Positions 40,562-49,724 of a stretch of 64,000 bases of DNA are shown here, piece by piece (within the stretch, counting starts at the first letter, position 1; each line of letters begins with the position of its first letter). Location of the stretch: positions 96,001-160,000 of the IMG/VR virus record IMGVR_UViG_3300036768_001490, one strand, 5' to 3'. This DNA is from a virus. The position numbers were made by a program, and so were the translations under genes. The notes below the pieces were generated by a model, which did no database searches, was not told the DNA's origin, and saw only the letters and a list, made by a program, of their open reading frames with translations.

Positions 40562-40624
40562 AACCTTCCCTTCCCCACCATGACTTCATCATGCACGGCA
40601 CATCCGCGCATTCCTGAGCGAAAA

Positions 40625-40660
40625 CAGAAAAGGCCGGACTCCGAAGTCCGGCCTTTTCTG
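40625..40660 (-). terminator. terminator after MORN-like gene 1
   Basis: CAGAAAAGGCCGGAC-TCCGAA-GTCCGGCCTTTTCTG. Confidence 0.8.
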
Positions 40661-40686
40661 CCAGCGAAGACTACTTATCTCGCTAC

Positions 40687-42447
40687 TTACTCTCCTACAA
40701 TGGGCAACTCTATCCTTACTAGCTTGCCCATCCTATATAACTCAGACCTTCCGTCAGGGTAAACCCAGCGTCCGTGCCGCTCACCCTGACGGTAGCAGAC
40801 ACTCACTCCCCCTCTCGTCGTCCATCGTCCATGACGGAGGCCGTTTCGATAAGACTCCACCGGCCCTCCGGGGTACGACTCCATTCGGCCGTGGCGAAGG
40901 CCGTTGCGATAGCACTCCACTCGCCCCGTGCAGGACACCCAACGGCCGTGGGGAAAGCCGTTGCGATAGCGCTCCACGGAGCCCCCGAAGGAAACCCAGA
41001 GGCCGTGTCTTTTGCCTCCGTTGTAGCTGCTTTGGCCCTCCGGGTCGTACCAGCGACCGTGCCACTCACCGTCGCGGTAGTGGCCGACGACGCCACGTCG
41101 GCTCCAGATCCAGCGTCCTTGCCGGAAACCGCGCCTGTAGCGGCCGTAGATTTCGCCGAAGTCTTCCACCCAGCTTCCATGCAGCTTGCCGTCGCAAACG
41201 GCGCCGAAACTTAGGCTGCAGGCCATCGCCAGGAACCTCTTCCGCTTCCTTGCCCTGCGGACCTGGCAATCCGGGTAACGACCACGGACAGCCTCAAGGA
41301 GTTCGTCCGGAGCCTCTGGCCGAAGGACGATCTCCCTGATCTCTAACTCCTCGGCTCTCAGGAAGAAATCTCCCTCTAGCCTTACCCGGCCGCTGGTCAG
41401 GCAGTGAGTGACAGCCATTTCCTGGCCGTCTTTATCACCCTCCTCTCGGGTTGGGACAGAGCTGGGGAGATACCAGCAGGCCCGCAGTCTGGGCCCGCAG
41501 TAACTCACCCCGCCTTTTTTGCTTTTTCCTGATCTTTCGGCAACCGTAACGCGGTTGCCGACGATGACGTAGTCATCGTCATAGATCGTGGGCGAAAGGG
41601 TTCCATCCCTTTGTACCAGGAACACCCTGGTACAGAGCGTCCTCCCATCTTCTCCCTTCATCCCCGGTGGGATGTTGTCACCAGAAGAGGGTGAAGGTCG
41701 TCCACTATCGAAGGACGGCGGCGGAGGGATAACATCCATCATCTCTCCGCACACGTATATCTCTGCTCTTCCGTCTGGCCACAGCCAGACGCCGTGCTCT
41801 TTCCCGTAGCGGTATTCGCCCACAAGCCCACTCGGCCACTTCCAGCGTCCGTGCCGGATGCCTTCGAAGTAGGTCTCCTGGCTCCCGTCGGGATGCCTCC
41901 AGATGCCGTGCTGCAGGCCGTAGCGGTAGCGGCCGGTGCTGCCATCGAAGAACACCCAGCGCCCATGCCGCGTAGTGCCGTTCACCACCGTGCCGTGGGT
42001 GCCATCGTCCTTGAGCACCAGCATCTTCCTCCGCTCCTGTGCCCTTCGGACCCGGCAAGCGGGGTAACGCTGCCGGACGGAATCCAGAAGCTCATCCGGA
42101 GCGTCTGGGTGCAGGACGATCTCCTGCACCTCCATCTTCTCGGCCCGCAGACCAAGGTCTCCGACCCTGACCCGGCCCCAGGCCAGGCAGTGCATGACTG
42201 CCTCGCCTGGACCCACAGGCACCGCCCTTGGTATCCTCCAGACGGCGTGAAGCCCAGCCTCGTCCCTAACCTCTCCTCCCACGGTGAACCGGTCTGCCTC
42301 CATGCGGTGACTGATCCACTCAGTCTTCCGCACTGGAGATACCAGGACGCCATCCCCGCGCACCCGGCAGACCCGGGTGCAACGGAGACGTCCGTCCTTG
42401 GACCTCATCCCCTCGGGGATGATGAGAGAGTCATAGCGTTTGCTCAT
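40687..42447 (-). CDS. MORN-like repeat protein, two-module form (paralog 1)
   Basis: HGRW...G..E.Y..G repeats following a duplicated N-terminal domain (GLHAVW...GLRAE). Confidence 0.82.
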   Translation of the reverse strand: MSKRYDSLIIPEGMRSKDGRLRCTRVCRVRGDGVLVSPVRKTEWISHRMEADRFTVGGEVRDEAGLHAVWRIPRAVPVGPGEAVMHCLAWGRVRVGDLGLRAEKMEVQEIVLHPDAPDELLDSVRQRYPACRVRRAQERRKMLVLKDDGTHGTVVNGTTRHGRWVFFDGSTGRYRYGLQHGIWRHPDGSQETYFEGIRHGRWKWPSGLVGEYRYGKEHGVWLWPDGRAEIYVCGEMMDVIPPPPSFDSGRPSPSSGDNIPPGMKGEDGRTLCTRVFLVQRDGTLSPTIYDDDYVIVGNRVTVAERSGKSKKGGVSYCGPRLRACWYLPSSVPTREEGDKDGQEMAVTHCLTSGRVRLEGDFFLRAEELEIREIVLRPEAPDELLEAVRGRYPDCQVRRARKRKRFLAMACSLSFGAVCDGKLHGSWVEDFGEIYGRYRRGFRQGRWIWSRRGVVGHYRDGEWHGRWYDPEGQSSYNGGKRHGLWVSFGGSVERYRNGFPHGRWVSCTGRVECYRNGLRHGRMESYPGGPVESYRNGLRHGRWTTRGGVSVCYRQGERHGRWVYPDGRSELYRMGKLVRIELPIVGE

Positions 42448-42459
42448 ATCCTACCTCCG

Positions 42460-42650
42460 CTGGAGAAGCAGCTGGCTTGATAGAATTGACCAGCTTGCTT
42501 CTCCCATCACTCGTCCCAGCTGGACCATCTCCATGCTACCAGCCAGGACCATGAGAACAACCACGGCTCCGCCGTGGTGCCATAAAAACACCACCAGGAA
42601 GACCAGCTCTACCACGAGCGGATCTTCCTGGTGGTACGCGCACGGCACAA
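42460..42650 (-). repeat. ~190-bp conserved structured leader repeat, copy 1
   Basis: Near-identical to 43428-43600 and 45915-46090. Confidence 0.9.
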
Positions 42651-42676
42651 CACACATCCTCTCATTCTGAAAGAGG

Positions 42677-42720
42677 AAAAAAAAAAAACAGAAGAGGCAG
42701 GACTCCGAAGTCCTGCCTCT
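42677..42720 (-). terminator. terminator after MORN-like gene 2
   Basis: AGAGGCAGGAC-TCCGAA-GTCCTGCCTCT plus a 12-nt A-run (U-tract on the minus strand). Confidence 0.8.
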
Positions 42721-42729
42721 ATATGGCGT

Positions 42730-43404
42730 TTATTCCAGAACGGGCAAACCTATCCTTATAAGTTTGCCCATTTTGTAAACTTCTACCCGGCCGTCCGGGT
42801 AGGTCCATTGTCCGTGCGGTAGGTCGTAGTGGTAGCACTCAGTTCGGCCGTCGGGGTAGATCCAACGGCCATGCGGCATGTCACGACGGTAGTGTCCTAC
42901 TGTACCGTCGTCACGGACCCAGCGGCCATGAAACTTGCCGTTCACCACGGTCCCGTGGCTGCCGATCTCCGTCAGGACCAGCATCCTCTTCCGCTTCCTT
43001 GCCTTGCGGACACGGCAAGCAGGGTAGCGCCGCCTGACAGCCTCCAGGATCCCGTCCAGCTCATCGTGGTGCAGGACGATCTCCTGCACCTCCATCACTT
43101 CGGCCCGAAGGCCGAAGTTCCCCACTCTGACTCGGCCCCAGGCGAGGCAGTGAAGGACCGCCATGTACGGGATCTCAGGCACTGCCCGGGGGAGCCACCA
43201 GACAGCATGCAACCCCGCCTCACCGCGCAGGCCGCCGCTGTCGTCGAAGCGGTCAGCTCTCATGCGGTTGCTGGTCCACTCCGTTCTACGGAACGGAGAG
43301 ACCAGGGTGCCATCCTGGATAACACAGCAGACCCGGCTGCAGAGGAGTCTCCCATCGCCTGACCTCATCCCGGGAGGGATGAGAATTGAATCATGGTTGT
43401 TCAT
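42730..43404 (-). CDS. MORN-like repeat protein, one-module form (paralog 2)
   Basis: Same N-terminal domain with three HG.W repeats. Confidence 0.82.
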   Translation of the reverse strand: MNNHDSILIPPGMRSGDGRLLCSRVCCVIQDGTLVSPFRRTEWTSNRMRADRFDDSGGLRGEAGLHAVWWLPRAVPEIPYMAVLHCLAWGRVRVGNFGLRAEVMEVQEIVLHHDELDGILEAVRRRYPACRVRKARKRKRMLVLTEIGSHGTVVNGKFHGRWVRDDGTVGHYRRDMPHGRWIYPDGRTECYHYDLPHGQWTYPDGRVEVYKMGKLIRIGLPVLE

Positions 43405-43427
43405 GGGATTTACCTCGTTAGGAGGCA

Positions 43428-43680
43428 TAAGCAGCTGGCTTGATAGAATTGACCAGCTGATTCTCCCATTGCTCGTCCCAGCTGGACCATCTCCATGCTA
43501 CCAGCCATGACCATGAGAACAACCACGGCTCCGCCGTGGTGCCATAAAAACACCACCAGGAAGACCAGCTCTACCACGAGCGGATCTTCCTGGTGGTGCA
43601 TGGTTGAACGGTAAAAAAAGATAGCGCTCTCTGCATCCAGGGAATCGTGCGATCCCTGGATACAGAGAGTGTTAGCGATC
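43428..43680 (-). repeat. structured leader repeat, copy 2 (extended with an upstream hairpin shared with copy 3)
   Basis: Direct sequence identity. Confidence 0.9.
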
Positions 43681-43724
43681 ACCACCCACCTCTGGTCATG
43701 AATGGCCAGGGTGGGTGGTGATCG

Positions 43725-43883
43725 TTAGGAGGCGACAACGGTCTTGTACTTCCTGTACTTATTCTCCCTCTTTTTCATCCTCTTCCCTCTCCCCTCATTC
43801 CACAGATTCTTCTTCCTCTTCTTCTTCTTCTCATCATGGAGGACAACGATCTCGTCCTCCCAGAACCGGCTACTGATCTTCAT
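43725..43883 (-). CDS. 52-aa Lys/Arg-rich peptide
   Basis: TAAGGAGG SD; MKISSRFWEDEIVVLHDEKKKKRKKNL...; followed by a long hairpin at 43676-43724. Confidence 0.5.
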   Translation of the reverse strand: MKISSRFWEDEIVVLHDEKKKKRKKNLWNEGRGKRMKKRENKYRKYKTVVAS

Positions 43884-44044
43884 GGATCTTCCCTCCTTAA
43901 GGAACACTTGCTCACCGCCGTACCGCACGGCGGACTGAGCCAACACCCCGCACGAGCCCCCAAGGCCGGCAGGGTAGATAGCCAAAACTGATAGGGGATC
44001 CGACCCCAGCATATCTTATGACGCGAAACAGAGTAGTTATTTAG

Positions 44045-44120
44045 TCAGACGTGACGCCGTCCGGATCGCCGTCTTCCTCACCCTCCTCGTCTGTATCTCC
44101 TCCCTCGTCTTCTCCGACCG
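44045..44120 (-). pseudogene. orphan duplicate of the 3' end of gene 46169..46861
   Basis: TCAGACGTG...CTTCCTCACCCTCCTCGTCTGTATC.CCTCCCTCGTC matches 46176-46250. Confidence 0.7.
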
Positions 44121-44178
44121 CCAGGCCAGCGCGCGACTTCATCACGCGCTGAGCATCCGCTCGTTCTCTAACGAAAAA

Positions 44179-44214
44179 CAGAAAATGCCGGACTTCGGAG
44201 TCCGGCATTTTCTG
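44179..44214 (-). terminator. terminator after MORN-like gene 3
   Basis: CAGAAAATGCCGGAC-TTCGGA-GTCCGGCATTTTCTG. Confidence 0.8.
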
Positions 44215-44301
44215 ACAGAGAAGACTACTACTATCTACCTCGGATCTCCTTCTGCGGTAGGCAGAGTTCTGACAAGTTTGCCCATCTTGTAGAACTCTAC
44301 C

Positions 44302-45894
44302 CTACCGTCGTTGTCCAACTTCAGTTCCGTTTCGGTATGTCCTCACCTTCCCAGTGCATGATACCCACCTTCCGTGGGGGAGTCCGTCGATGTAGCGCTC
44401 AACAGAGCCTCCGGGCGACACCCAGAGTCCATGCATCTTTCCCATCCTGTAGCACTTCTGCTCTTCAGGGTATGACCACCGTCCGTGCCACTCACCGTCG
44501 CGGTAGTGGCCGACGACGCCACGTCCCCATATCCAGCGTCCGTGCCGGAGGCCGCTTCTGTAGCGGCCAAAACTGTCCCCGAAGTTCTTCATCCAGCTTC
44601 CATGCCGCTTGCCGCCGCAAACGGCACCGAAGCTGAAGCTGGCGGCCACCGCAAGGAACCTCTTCCGCTTCCGTGCCTTGCGGACCTGGCAATCCGGGTA
44701 ACGACCACGGACAGCCTCAAGGAGTTCGTCCGGAGACTCTGGCCGAAGGACGATTTCCCGGATCTCCAACTCCTCTGCGCTAAGGCAGAACTTTCCTTCT
44801 ATCCTGACCCGGCCGCTGGTCAGGCAGTGAGCAACTACTATTTCCTGTCCCCCCTTGTCCAACTCCTCCCTGAAAGGGACTGCGCTGGGAAGATACCAGC
44901 AGGACCGCAATAATCTGGACCTGAAGTAATTCTTCACTCCGCCGTTAACGGAGTCGGAGTGGCTCTTGGCAACCACGCGGTTGCCAGTGGTAGTAGTTAT
45001 CGTTACATCATCATCGTCATATATCGTGGGCGAAAGGGTTCCATCCCTTTCAACCAGGAAGATCCGGGTGCAACGTATCCTCCCACCGCTTTCCTCCATC
45101 CCAGGGGGGATAATAGTGTCATCATGAGAAGATCTACCACTACCGCCTGAAGGCGGCGGAGGGATAACATCCATCATCTCTCCGCACACGTATATCTCAG
45201 ACCTGCCGTCTGGCCATAGCCAGACACCATGTTCCTTACCATAACGGTAGTGGCCGACAAGGCCACTCGGCCACTTCCAGCGTCCGTGACGGATGCCTTC
45301 GAAGTAGGTCTCCTGGCTCCCGTCAGGATGTTTCCAGCGTCCGTGCATCAGGCCGTAGCGGTAGTAGCCGATGCTGCCCTCGGAGAACACCCAGCGCCCA
45401 TGCCGCGTAGTGCCGCCATTCACTGTCATCCCGTAGGTGCCATTGTCCATGAGCACCATCATCCGATTACGCTCCATTGCCCTGCGGACCCGACAAGCCG
45501 GGTACCGCAGCCGTACAGCCTCCAGGAGTTCGTCCGTCACGTCGGGGTGAAGGACTATCTTCCTCACCTCCATCACCTCGGCCCGCAGACCAAGGTCTCC
45601 GACCCTGACCCGGCCCCAGGCCAGGCAGTGCATGACGGCATGGACTGGGTTCTCGGGCACCGCCTTGGGAAGGTACCAGACAGCATGAAACCCTGCCTCA
45701 TCTCGCAATTCACCTCCGTCAGAGAACCGTTCTGTCACCATTCGGTGACTATCCCAACTGGTCCCCTGGTGTGGAGAGACCAGAGTTCCGTCCCAGCTCA
45801 CCCGGCAAACGCGAGTGCAGCGAAGACGGCCATCCTTGGACCTCATTCCATCAGGGATTACAAGAGAGTCATAGTTGTTGTCCTTCTTGGCCAT
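44302..45894 (-). CDS. MORN-like repeat protein, two-module form (paralog 3)
   Basis: Colinear with paralog 1 but with fewer C-terminal repeats; start moved to MAKKDNNYDS. Confidence 0.82.
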   Translation of the reverse strand: MAKKDNNYDSLVIPDGMRSKDGRLRCTRVCRVSWDGTLVSPHQGTSWDSHRMVTERFSDGGELRDEAGFHAVWYLPKAVPENPVHAVMHCLAWGRVRVGDLGLRAEVMEVRKIVLHPDVTDELLEAVRLRYPACRVRRAMERNRMMVLMDNGTYGMTVNGGTTRHGRWVFSEGSIGYYRYGLMHGRWKHPDGSQETYFEGIRHGRWKWPSGLVGHYRYGKEHGVWLWPDGRSEIYVCGEMMDVIPPPPSGGSGRSSHDDTIIPPGMEESGGRIRCTRIFLVERDGTLSPTIYDDDDVTITTTTGNRVVAKSHSDSVNGGVKNYFRSRLLRSCWYLPSAVPFREELDKGGQEIVVAHCLTSGRVRIEGKFCLSAEELEIREIVLRPESPDELLEAVRGRYPDCQVRKARKRKRFLAVAASFSFGAVCGGKRHGSWMKNFGDSFGRYRSGLRHGRWIWGRGVVGHYRDGEWHGRWSYPEEQKCYRMGKMHGLWVSPGGSVERYIDGLPHGRWVSCTGKVRTYRNGTEVGQRR

Positions 45895-45914
45895 AGTCCA
45901 CCCACCTCCGCCGG

Positions 45915-46155
45915 GAAAGCAGCTGGCTTGATAGAATTTTGACCGGATTGCTACCACCACTCGTCCCAGCTGGACCATCTCCATGCTACCAGCCAGGAGC
46001 ATGATAACAACCACGGCTCCGCCGTGGTGCCTGCCATAAAAACACCACCAGGAAGATCAGCCCTACCACGAGTGGATCTTCCTGGTGGCGGTTGAACGAT
46101 AAAAAGATAGCACTTCTCTGCGTCCAGGGATCGTACGATTCCCTGGACGCAGATG
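45915..46155 (-). repeat. structured leader repeat, copy 3
   Basis: Direct sequence identity to copies 1 and 2. Confidence 0.9.
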
Positions 46156-46168
46156 TTGTTAAGCGTAG

Positions 46169-46861
46169 TTATTGGTCAGACGTGTCGATGTCCGGGTCGC
46201 CGCCTTCCTCACCCTCCTCGTCTGTATCGCCTCCCTCGTCGTCCCCGACCAGGGTGACGCCGCCCGGCGAGGGAACAGGAGGCGTCCCCTGCCCCTCCAG
46301 ACGAGAAGTGACGATCCTCGTGTCCGACAACTCCGGCGGACCCAGGAAGCCGTCTTCCTGCACGCCCAGCGTGTCCAGCACGTCCTGCAAGGGCACGGCC
46401 CGGATCGGACCGCCCTCGTACAGGGGGACCGTGATGGCCCTGACACCGTCTGGCAAGGCCAGGTAACGCTGGGGCCCCCGCGTGAAGGGCAAAGGGATGC
46501 CAAAGAAGGCCCAGGCAACCACGTCCTCCCCCTCCAGCTGGCCCAGGCGACGGACCAGGTCTTCCAGAGAGTGGAACTGGCGCAGCAACGGCCAGTCGCC
46601 GTCCGGTGCCTCCACCAGGCAGGGGCGGGCCAGCCGCGCGTCCGCCTGCTGGTAAGAGGGCGGCGAGGCAGCCATCCCGTCCAGGGCCTCCCGCGCGGCG
46701 CGCGTCAGACCCGCGCGCAGGGAAAGGAACTCCGCCTCATGCGCGTCCTGGACCGGGGCCGGAACAGGCAGCCGGGAAGTCGGCTCCAGGGCCTTCCGCG
46801 CCGCCCGGCTCAGACCACTCGCCCATTCCGACCATGCCGGCGGCGGAACTTCCTTCCTCAT
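46169..46861 (-). CDS. hypothetical protein with acidic C-terminus
   Basis: 230-aa ORF in gene order. Confidence 0.6.
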   Translation of the reverse strand: MRKEVPPPAWSEWASGLSRAARKALEPTSRLPVPAPVQDAHEAEFLSLRAGLTRAAREALDGMAASPPSYQQADARLARPCLVEAPDGDWPLLRQFHSLEDLVRRLGQLEGEDVVAWAFFGIPLPFTRGPQRYLALPDGVRAITVPLYEGGPIRAVPLQDVLDTLGVQEDGFLGPPELSDTRIVTSRLEGQGTPPVPSPGGVTLVGDDEGGDTDEEGEEGGDPDIDTSDQ

Positions 46862-47168
46862 CGTCCTCCTCCTCTTCGTCCTCCCCTTCGTCTGCTGCCG
46901 CTGCTGCTGCTGCTGCCACCCTCGGAGCGACGGCGCTTGCCTGAACCTTTCTCTTCCTTACCCGGCCCGTAGCGGGCGACAGCACCAGGGTGAACAGGTC
47001 CGTGGTGGCGCCACTCTCGTCCGTCACGCAGCCGTAGGCCAGCACCGGCCAGGAGGCACGGTCAGCAAACAGGGGCACCAGCTCGATGCCGCTGACATGG
47101 CCCTCACTGTCCGTTGCCAGGTGGAACTCCGCCGTCGGACTGATCTCTAGCCGGAGCCTCACGTCCAT
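46737..47168 (-). CDS. hypothetical protein with acidic tract
   Basis: MDVRLRLEISP after GGAGG; overlaps the next gene. Confidence 0.5.
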   Translation of the reverse strand: MDVRLRLEISPTAEFHLATDSEGHVSGIELVPLFADRASWPVLAYGCVTDESGATTDLFTLVLSPATGRVRKRKVQASAVAPRVAAAAAAAADEGEDEEEEDDEEGSSAAGMVGMGEWSEPGGAEGPGADFPAACSGPGPGRA

Positions 47169-47847
47169 CCTCCTTCTGCCGCGCCAGCCGGTAGTCGCGC
47201 CGCGCAATGCACGGATTGTCGCCGGCGAACAGGGCCCGCGCCGACGCCCGGATCTCGCCGTCCGCCTCCAACCGGACCAGCCGGGGCAGTTCCGCCGGCG
47301 ACCGGCCCGTCTGGCGGAATGCGACGCGGCCAGCGCTACCGTTGATACCAAAAGCGTATATGTCCAACCAGGGTAAACCGTCGTGGTAGACGCCCTTCCT
47401 CTCCAGGGCCAGAGGATCGACCACGGACAGCTTCTGCTCGCCGTAGCACAGGATGACCCGGTTCCGCGACAGGGCCAGCGTCAACGAAATCAGGAACGTG
47501 CTAAGTGGCTCGTAGTCGGCGGGACGGCAGGCCCACAGAACATGGTTCCAGTCAGCGTCCCCGTCCGGCAGCTCCAGGCCGCGAAAGATGGGATGGGCGA
47601 AGCGGCGGTGGTACAGCGGCACTTCCCGGCCCAGCTCCCGCATCAGGTCGATGAGGATTGCGTCGGCGAAGCAGCCGTAAAGATAAAGCACGGCCGGCGT
47701 GAAGAAAGTATACTCCGCCGTCATGGCCAGCAGGGACTCGGCCTGGCCAACCTGCAGCGGCAGCTTGCGGACGATGCCGCGCGCGTCCACGACTGGGCCC
47801 GTCCTGTGTCCTGTCCCCGCCGGCGGGGGACCGTCCCATCCAGACAT
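47104..47847 (-). CDS. hypothetical protein
   Basis: 247-aa ORF with normal amino-acid composition. Confidence 0.6.
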   Translation of the reverse strand: MSGWDGPPPAGTGHRTGPVVDARGIVRKLPLQVGQAESLLAMTAEYTFFTPAVLYLYGCFADAILIDLMRELGREVPLYHRRFAHPIFRGLELPDGDADWNHVLWACRPADYEPLSTFLISLTLALSRNRVILCYGEQKLSVVDPLALERKGVYHDGLPWLDIYAFGINGSAGRVAFRQTGRSPAELPRLVRLEADGEIRASARALFAGDNPCIARRDYRLARQKEDGREAPARDQSDGGVPPGNGQ

Positions 47848-47862
47848 ACCCGGCTCGACCTC

Positions 47863-48531
47863 TTACTCACTCAGGAACCCCAGCTGGGCCGCCAACTCCA
47901 GGGACAGCCTGGCGTCCCGTTCGGGCTGGACGTGCGGCCCATGCCAGCCGTCCAACAGAGCGTCCCACTTGGCCGCGTCCTCCGGGTCCAAGGGACGGCG
48001 GCACTTGAGAACGACCGGCAAGGTCAAGCTCTTCTCAAAGTCCCTGGGCAGGACCGCCTCCAGGATGTCCCGGTGGTCGCTGTTACCATACCACATCCTC
48101 GGCGGGCACGGCTTGCCGACACGGGGCAAGCTGCACTCGATGCCCAGCATCTTGAGGAACAGCCGAGGGTTGAACCCGATGAAAACAACGGTCGGCCGCC
48201 GGACGTCGTGCGTGTCCCAGGTCCAGGCATCCGGATAGGCGCTCAGCAGGTAGTCCCGCACCCGCACGCTCACCGGGGGCTTGCTGCCGTCCGCCGCGTG
48301 CAGGTACTGGAGCGGCCGCCGGTTCTTCCCGTCGATCAGGAACACCTCGTCGAAGGTGCCCGTGTAGGGCTGGTCCCTGGCCACGGCGGCAAAGTGGGCC
48401 TGCTTCTTCTCCAGGTCAGCCCGTATCAGTTCCGGGTCGCGCAGGTTCCTCGACGGCTCGAACGCGGGCGTCAGTTCCTGCAGATTGTCCACGGGGCGAG
48501 TACGGAACCCGACAAAGACCTTCAGCGTCAT
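47863..48531 (-). CDS. PolB-type DEDD 3'-5' exonuclease-like protein, apparently inactivated
   Basis: VFVGFRTRP in place of VFDIET.P; FEPSRNLRDPELIRA; FIGFNPRLFL lacks the ExoII Asp; ERDARLS keeps one Asp. Confidence 0.5.
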   Translation of the reverse strand: MTLKVFVGFRTRPVDNLQELTPAFEPSRNLRDPELIRADLEKKQAHFAAVARDQPYTGTFDEVFLIDGKNRRPLQYLHAADGSKPPVSVRVRDYLLSAYPDAWTWDTHDVRRPTVVFIGFNPRLFLKMLGIECSLPRVGKPCPPRMWYGNSDHRDILEAVLPRDFEKSLTLPVVLKCRRPLDPEDAAKWDALLDGWHGPHVQPERDARLSLELAAQLGFLSE

Positions 48532-49634
48532 TCCACCTTCCCTCCCGGCAGGATGACCTTCCTGCCGTACGAGCGCAAGGACTCCTCGTCCACGTCCAGG
48601 GTGGCCGAGTTTCCTACCAGCACGCGACACTGGCCCTTCTCCGGGCGGAGCACATGCACGGGCCGCAGATAAGTGAAGGTGCGCAGCTGCTCATATTCCG
48701 GCGCAGTGATGTCTACCGGGCCGTCGTCTTCCAGCAAGACCCCTCCCACCAGGGCAGCGCCCACCTCGTCGCACCAGCGGCGCACGTGGCGGTGGGCATC
48801 GCCCGCGCGCGCCGGGCCGGGCCGGCCAACAAAGCCCGTGGTGTTGGCCCAGGCCAGGTCGTCCACAACCACCAGGTCCGGCGGCGACGTCAGCTGGTCC
48901 TCCAGGTGCTCGGCCAGGGACCGCTCCAACTGACGCCAGGAATTGGCAAATCCGTGCCAGGCCGTGCCGCCAACCCGCACCAGCCGGTCCCGCGCTCCGT
49001 CCCGCCCCGGCGCCGTAGTCAGAAAGCGGACCACCCAGCACGGCGGCCCATGGGTCGCGGACAGCACATGGTTGCACAGGCGGTCCAGCAGCCACAGGAC
49101 CGCAGGGCGGTAGCCTACCAGCACCAGGCTGCGCTCCCGCGCCAGCGTGGGACCGTCCGCGCCCAGCGAGTGGGAAAAGCCGATGTCCAGCGGCCGGGCC
49201 CGCCTCTCCTTCTCCTGCCGCTGCTGCTCCGCCCGCGCCTCTTCCTCCTCGGCCGCAGCGTGCTGGTCGATGACGTCCGCCAGCCACGGCAGGACAGAGC
49301 GGAACATGGATTGCCACCAGTCATGCTCCGTGAACGGCTTGCTGGCCTCCCACATGGCGTACTGGATCAGGAAGTCCTCGACCAGGGGCATGGGCTCGCC
49401 CCGTTCCTCGTAGCCGGAACGCAGCCCGTCGCACAGCCGTTGTAGCTCCCGGTAAGCGATGGCATATCCCTGTCTCATGCTGACCAGGGCTGCCGTCAGG
49501 GAACGCCATTCGGGCCGTTGCATCAGTTCCGCCGCCAGCCGGCCAGCGGCCTGGATGGACCGCTGGTCCGGACTCAGACCAGAGGAAGAATCCGTGCCGG
49601 ACGCTTCCGCCTGCTCCGTGACTGCCTCGTCCAT
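48528..49634 (-). CDS. hypothetical protein with a degenerate DnaB/RecA-like C-terminal domain
   Basis: PPDLVVVDDL (Walker B-like) followed by VRRWCDEVGAALVG; no intact Walker A. Confidence 0.4.
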   Translation of the reverse strand: MDEAVTEQAEASGTDSSSGLSPDQRSIQAAGRLAAELMQRPEWRSLTAALVSMRQGYAIAYRELQRLCDGLRSGYEERGEPMPLVEDFLIQYAMWEASKPFTEHDWWQSMFRSVLPWLADVIDQHAAAEEEEARAEQQRQEKERRARPLDIGFSHSLGADGPTLARERSLVLVGYRPAVLWLLDRLCNHVLSATHGPPCWVVRFLTTAPGRDGARDRLVRVGGTAWHGFANSWRQLERSLAEHLEDQLTSPPDLVVVDDLAWANTTGFVGRPGPARAGDAHRHVRRWCDEVGAALVGGVLLEDDGPVDITAPEYEQLRTFTYLRPVHVLRPEKGQCRVLVGNSATLDVDEESLRSYGRKVILPGGKVE

Positions 49635-49724
49635 GTCGTCCTCCCCGGAAACCAAAATCCGTTTTTTAGGTCCAGCAGCACCCCAACCGCTGGAACAGCA
49701 CGTTCCGGCACTTTCTTTTAGCTA

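Noticed and set aside
42677-42688. 12-nt A homopolymer as a phase-variation tract
   Set aside because: It is intergenic and is the U-tract of a terminator; its length may also reflect sequencing error.
42451-43685. Small hydrophobic ORFs (42451..42657, 43410..43685) as membrane peptides or type I toxins
   Set aside because: They are translations of the hairpin-rich leader repeat, lack an SD, and the frame is not kept the same way in copy 3. Not fully excluded.
40687-45894. Diversity-generating retroelement acting on the MORN paralogs
   Set aside because: No reverse transcriptase in the window, and differences between copies are not confined to adenines. All three copies are intact genes with their own leaders, not a TR/VR pair.
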